From the NCBI RefSeq assembly GCF_964204645.1, contig NC_134033.1:2810131-2874130 (forward strand): 64,000 nt of DNA. Direction: 5' to 3'. The stretch is from Tubulanus polymorphus. Lineage: Eukaryota > Animalia > Nemertea. Numbering within the stretch: position 1 is the first letter of the stretch; each line of letters opens with the position of its first letter. Position numbers and translations under genes: made by a program. Below, piece by piece: positions 58,279-64,000 of this stretch. Below the pieces are notes generated by a model, which was not told the origin of the DNA, did not search any database, and saw only the letters and a list, made by a program, of their open reading frames with translations.

Positions 58279-59110
58279 ACTACAGTTTGACACGAGTCCC
58301 CTTATAATGTTTGCCTATCTATAAATCGGTTTTGAACTTTGAAATCCTAAAACGCGGTTTGAGTAAGTTTGGATTCACGTGACCGCATTAGATGAACGAA
58401 TACAATGATTCACAATAAATAATTTTCCAGTTTCTAGGCGCCATTTTGTGGCGGTCCCTCGAGGTCCCCATTGTTGCGATAATTTGCGCTCATTTTTGAA
58501 ACATAAGTTTGGATTGACTATCCTACAGCTCTGCAGTTTACTGAAATTAAATCATGATGATTAGACATTTTGACTCCACAAAATGTCTACTCGCCATGAT
58601 TCATGTGACGTGTGGAGCTCCTTAGTTTATTCCGGAAGAGTTTGAGTCTTCCGGTCGATTTGGGTTGGTTTAATCGGCACGGTAGCAATCAGATCCCGAG
58701 AAATAGGGAAAGGGCATCATTTAAAAAAACAAATACTTGAAATTCTACTGGATGATTCAAAGCGTGTTAGACCAGCGAGTACTGTGGTCTCAATGACGTT
58801 CAATTTCATGTAGAAATGCTGAATACGTCAGTATCCGCTAAGCTTTAGATTGTGGTCAAAGTGCTCAACTTGTGCTCATACACACAATTGTATGCTGGAT
58901 TTGACCAATGTTTAGTAGGATTGATCCTCGAACTGATTCACTTCGAATCGAACGTTTTACAATTCAATTCAATTTCGTGATTTCAAAGACCGAGGACAAT
59001 GATAACAGGACACGATATAAACAGATTACGTCATGATTCAATGGACACAACGACCACCATTGGCTAGATATGATACCAGGCTAACCCTGTACATCTTAAC
59101 TTCAATATCT

Positions 59111-61308
59111 TAACGAATATATTTCACTGTATGAAGTAGATCGCATTGAAATGATATGTTTATGCAACACCTCAAATCCTTTTGAAAATTACATGAATTA
59201 GATGAAACACTAGTTTGCAATACTTTCATAAATCGAATTTTCATTGTCTATAACCCAAATTATCATCCATGTTAATTCGAAGAAAAATCTTTAAGAGCGT
59301 TTTCAGTAGATTCTATGAAGTTTATGTAAATTAGGAACTTCGATGTTTGATAACATCTAGCGAAATTTGGTAAGATTCAAGAATAGGGGACTAGTGGTTA
59401 GGATTAGGGTTAGGATTAGGGTTAGGGTTAGGTTTAGTTCCCTAATCATCATTAATTACTATATACATTACTATCATTATATATCATCATTATCAATTAC
59501 TAATATTATTACTTAATTGATTACTATCACTACATATATATTGCTATAGTCCCCTATTCTTGAATCGCACCCGAAATTTACCTTATAATTTTTATTGTAA
59601 TGAATGAATATCTAAATCACTTACCAGCTCAAAAACTCGGAAAATTATCTCCCATTACGAACCCGCTTGCTTCAATTCGCCTTTATCAATATAGTACATT
59701 TGCATTGAATTAGACCGTACGGTGCTGCCACCGAGGAATAGTGTCGTTTCTGTGAACCAAATGGCGGCTTTTTTAATCGCAGGGTTTACAGTTAACAGTA
59801 ATGGGTCTAGAGGGACCAAAGGGTTAGAGTCCAGTGCTTGCATGCTCGAAACCTAATTTTTGCAATCATGTCGGATTTTTCCAAGTCCAGCGGATTGGCG
59901 CGTGTAAATTCATAAATTGTCCACACTGACCAATTCAAACGTCTCGAATATGGGAAAGAGTCACCACAAGTGATAAAAGTCAATATTCGATATTAATATA
60001 AATATAATTATTCAATATTATTAAGAAAACTTATGGAAGAAACAACGATGAAATAGACAAAGCAGGGCCAAGCCCAAAGGGCTTCATTTGAATCAACCTT
60101 TGATTGTTGCTAAAAACTTCATGAAACGATCGAAAGGTTTTAACGTGAATCATATTTATTTTCATACAACAATTATAGAAAATGTCAGATTACGTGCTTG
60201 AGGAATTATAATGTAAGTTTTATTTCGCGCAGATGACTGTTTTTTTCGGGTTGATCTTTATTTCAATAGCTTTGCCGTTTTTCTATGTATTTCAGATGAC
60301 ACGTAACTGGTGCACTGTACTGCTCAGTCTAGAGCGGTTGGTTAATCGTCGTATTGTTTCCTAAAAAAAGTCTTGCAAAATCAGCAAAAAGTTGATCTCC
60401 AAATATTTGATGTTGTTTATTTCATTAGTTGGATTTTGTGGTCATTTTTGTCTGTTTATATCTATACGACTGGGATTCCTGAACTGCCCAGACTATTGGC
60501 CATAAATTATGCGTCGTACCACCAGAATCCGGGAGAATCTTAGCGAATATATTTCACTGTATGAAGTAGATCGCGTTGAAATGATATATTTATGCAACAC
60601 CTCAAATCCTTTTGAAAATTACATGAATTAGATGAAACACTAGTTTGCAATACTTTCATTAAATCGAATTTTCATTGTCTATAACCCGAATTATCATCCA
60701 TGTTAATTCGATGAAAAATCTTTAAAAGCGTTTTCAGTAGATTCTATGAAATTTATGTAAATTAGGAACTTCGATGTTTAATAACATCTAGCGAAATTTA
60801 TCATAATTTCAATTGTAATGAATGAATATCTAAATCACTTACCAGCTCAAAAACTCGGAAAAGTATCTCCCATTACGAACCCGCTTGCTTCAATTCGCCT
60901 TTATCAATATAGTACATTTGCATTGAATTAGACCGTACGGTGCTGCCACCAAGGTATAGTGTCGTTTCTGTGAACCAAATGGCAGCTTTTTCAATCGCGA
61001 GGTTTACAGTTATGGGTCTAGAGGGACCAAAGGTGTTAGGGTCCAGTGCTTGCATGCTCGAATCCTAATTTTTGCAATCATGTCGGATTTTTCTAAGTCC
61101 AGCGGATTGGCGCGTGTAAATTTATAAATCGTCCACACTGACCAATTCAAACTTCTCGAATATGAGAAAGAGTCACCACAAGTGATTAAAGTCAATATTA
61201 TTTATTCGAAGAAACAACGATGAAATAAACAAAGCAGGGCCAAGCCCAAAGGGCTTCATTTGAATCAACCTTTGATTGTTGCTAAAAACTTCATGAAACG
61301 ATTGAAAG
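59111..61308. repeat. Local direct duplication of ~770 bp (59111-60137, including an insertion, and 60541-61308)
   Basis: Both start ...cgaatatatttcactgtatgaagtagatcg and end ...catgaaacgat(c/t)gaaag; duplicated minus-strand ORFs 59655-59843 and 60873-61055. Confidence 0.9.
59369..59571. mobile_element. 203-bp MITE with an internal telomere-like (TTAGGG/TTAGGA) tract; Merlin- or MULE-like
   Basis: 25-bp TIR GGT(AA/GC)GATTCAAGAATAGGGGACTA; 8-bp TSD CGAAATTT (59361-59368 and 59572-59579); empty site in the duplicate at ~60792. Confidence 0.85.
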
Positions 61309-61899
61309 TAACGAATTCACTCTAAAAAGCTTAAGATTAACAAATCGATCTTTGATTTCATTTTAACTGTTTTACATTCGTGTAAATTGTATCAATCAGA
61401 TTTTATTCTCCAGAGTACCTCTAAAACAATTAATACAAAATGCCAGGTGAGTGCTCAAAGAATTATAAGTTCTTGTAACAAAAACGGGCCAACCATGGGA
61501 CGTATACTAGGAGAATTTACTAATTAACGCTGTTCATATATTCCTCATTTATCAAGGAACTGCTCTTCTATATTAGACAGGGCCTTAATCAAATTGGTAT
61601 TTTATGAACCACTGAAAACCACAACATTGTAAAAGTTGCTATAAACTAAACTAAACTAAACTAAAGTTTTTCAAATTAATGAAAAATGCAAACTACACGA
61701 AAATCTATCTAAGGTTACGTCGACACGATGCCTGACGCTGTTTTCAGACACTGCACCAGAGAAATGATGAAATGCGAAAATAGTTTGTCGTATGAATTGA
61801 ATCGTCGAAACTGCATTCAATCGTGGACGAATGAACTAGTTTATAAGTGTATTGTTAGATAAATACCACAACCGGTGACAATTCTATGGATAGTCAGCC

Positions 61900-64000
61900 C
61901 TGATTATCATAACTACCGTAAATTTTGGTTTTTGTTATATCCAACTCACAACTTGCTGGAATTGGTAGTAATTTTACCGGAGTCGTGTTTTCCGAATTAC
62001 TAACTCGTAAAAATCTTTAAAATTATTTCTAACTGTGAAGGATTAAGCTTACACTTAATATATAATACTTTAACATCTATATCCCCAAGATTCTTGCGTA
62101 AATATAAGCAGGTTTGATTGGAGCGAGAGGGAATCATCCGTTTGAAACTAGGATTTAAAGTTTCATGGATACAAAATTCCCCTAATTCGGATGAGTTATA
62201 TTTCTAAATAGTAATCTACGATTCAACCTTCAAACATTTGAAAAATCTATGAAATATTGTCAATTAGTTCCGAAAGAAGAATTGAGTTTAACAATGATTT
62301 AAGTCACTCGATGAAAATGAAACGGATTAAGAATTCATGTCTCCCGCGAGGTCGTTGTTAGTTAGATTTATCAATATAACAGTTTCTACCACGAGAGACG
62401 AAGCACCTTCCACCAGAAATATAACATCGTAATGCATAAACACAGTTGATTGGGGAATATTGAAATATGTTCATTTTCACGGACCGATTATACACCAGGG
62501 TCCAGTTCCACAGTTCTGAGTTAAGATTTGACCCTGGTTTAAAACATTGAAAATGAACTAACTTTAACTCGGAGTTAACTCTAACTCACAACTGCTGAAC
62601 TGGGTCCTGTGTTTAAATAATACAATATTTTCTAAAGTTCTTTAATATATCTGAGTTAAACCTATTATCAAAAGATGATAATTTCGTACCAGAAGAACAA
62701 ATCATATCAGATACTTAAAAGTTGAATCTACCGCTGGCGCCAACTTATTCTCAATAATCATTACTAAGACACACAAACATTTCCCCAACTATCGGTGACC
62801 GAACATATAAGATCATCATTTTTTGCCATCATACATGTAGGCGCTCCAAAACAGAGGGACACAAATGGGAAAAAATGAATTTTTTTTATTATTAGAGTAT
62901 TCAACACAAAAAACCTCAAAGGACCGAGAAAACGAAAATAATTGGAAATTGTGATTAAGTTGATTCGAATAGCGGGAAAGATGAAAAAGAACTAGTTTTC
63001 GCAAATCATGAGACTGAAAATTAAGATGAACATAACTTTTATAAGTTACTGGATTGAAACCAGGACGGGAATAACAGAATTTTCTTTTGTCGAAAAATTG
63101 TGCCGAAAAGAGGAGTGAGGAATGAAAACAATTCAGTACGATGAATTTTGCTGATCCGTGTCCCAAGTAAAAATGCTGAACGGACTATAATGCGGATGTA
63201 CATAGATTGAGTCAAATCAAACGTTTTTAAATGATGATCATAAGTTTCTGAATTATCAATTCACCTCATTTATTATTGGTTGGACTTTCGTCGCGTTCAC
63301 ACTACGAACCAGTTAGACCGTTCTAAACGGGTCCGGGTCCGGAACGGGACAAATTTAGAACGGACCGCATCAGAGTGAGCGAGTGAGATTCTTGCCGGGG
63401 TTATTGTCACCGTTTCCTAACTAAAGATTCCAAACATTTCTCTGTTTCTATTCTACCGCTGTCATCCCCGTCTTACTTGGTTGCTGTTGTTTCTTCAAAA
63501 CAATCTGTACCGAACAAGTTCTCACCCGTCATAATCAGATATCCACGCGCTTCACTTAGCTTCAACTCAGTTATTATATTGACTGTAGAGTGTGAATTGT
63601 CGAAACAGATGTTGACGAAGTGTTTTACGGAGACGCAGAATATTTTGAGGTATAGATAGAAAATGTCATCGAATATTATCACAAACTGAACGCAGTTCGG
63701 GAGCGACAGTAAATATTTTTAGGGAAATAATTGCACACGATTATAAACACGATATATTGAAACACGTCTAAATTTGGAAACCGCGGTAATTACAGCGAAA
63801 CCGAGAACAGATGAAAGTTTCACAAACACGAGACTGGCGCCAGTTTGATGGGCGGATTTTTTTTACAAAATAATTGGACTCAGATCAATTCGTCAACTAC
63901 AGACATTTGCGAATTCGTCATTACTTTGCAGCGACTCTTGTGAGAAATGTCGCGCAAACTTAGAAATAGTTAGAGATGTGTTTTTTTTGAAGCGTGAATT
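61900..64000 (+). promoter_or_regulatory. Upstream region of the next GRL101-like copy (copy 5), whose CDS should begin just past the window
   Basis: Colinear with ~909-2879; ends in gaagcgtgaatt, which precedes gtgttcaatATG in all other copies. Confidence 0.8.
62499..62606. mobile_element. 108-bp MITE at a CWG site, Harbinger-like
   Basis: Imperfect TIR ggtccagttccacagtt / aactgctgaactgggtc flanked by CAG and CTG; absent from the paralogous site at ~1496 (acac-cag-tgtt). Confidence 0.75.

Noticed and set aside
59398-59437. Telomere or chromosome-fusion site
   Set aside because: Short, degenerate and contained within a TIR/TSD-bounded MITE

Overview
Eukaryotic (invertebrate animal, probably spiralian; inferred, not proven) genomic DNA. 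It is dominated by a tandem, same-strand cluster of ~1,940-aa GRL101-type leucine-rich-repeat GPCR genes. Each has three exons encoding signal peptide, CUB/CUB-like domains, a C-type lectin domain plus a degenerate second one, ~7 LDLa repeats, LRRNT, ~7-8 LRRs and a 7TM region. The window holds the 3' end of one copy (1-751), one frameshifted copy (2889-9289), three apparently intact copies (15710-21938, 40357-46576, 51923-58278), one 5'-deleted TM-only fragment (48663-49286) and the upstream region of a further copy at the right edge. The paralogs have almost invariant 7TMs but hypervariable patches in the CUB-like ectodomain, and their nearest relative switches from segment to segment. A 16.7-kb block bounded by a 41-bp direct repeat interrupts the cluster. 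It contains a two-exon TRPV-like channel gene with an antisense peptide-receptor-like GPCR nested in its intron, a second frameshifted copy of that GPCR, the 5' exons of an astacin pseudogene missed by the ORF track with an intronic tRNA-Glu(UUC), a 69-bp tandem array of Penelope-type minimal hammerhead ribozyme motifs, a Maverick/Polinton-like relic and a 408-bp palindrome. Other elements include a decayed LINE, several MITEs (three confirmed by empty paralogous sites in the window) and microsatellites.
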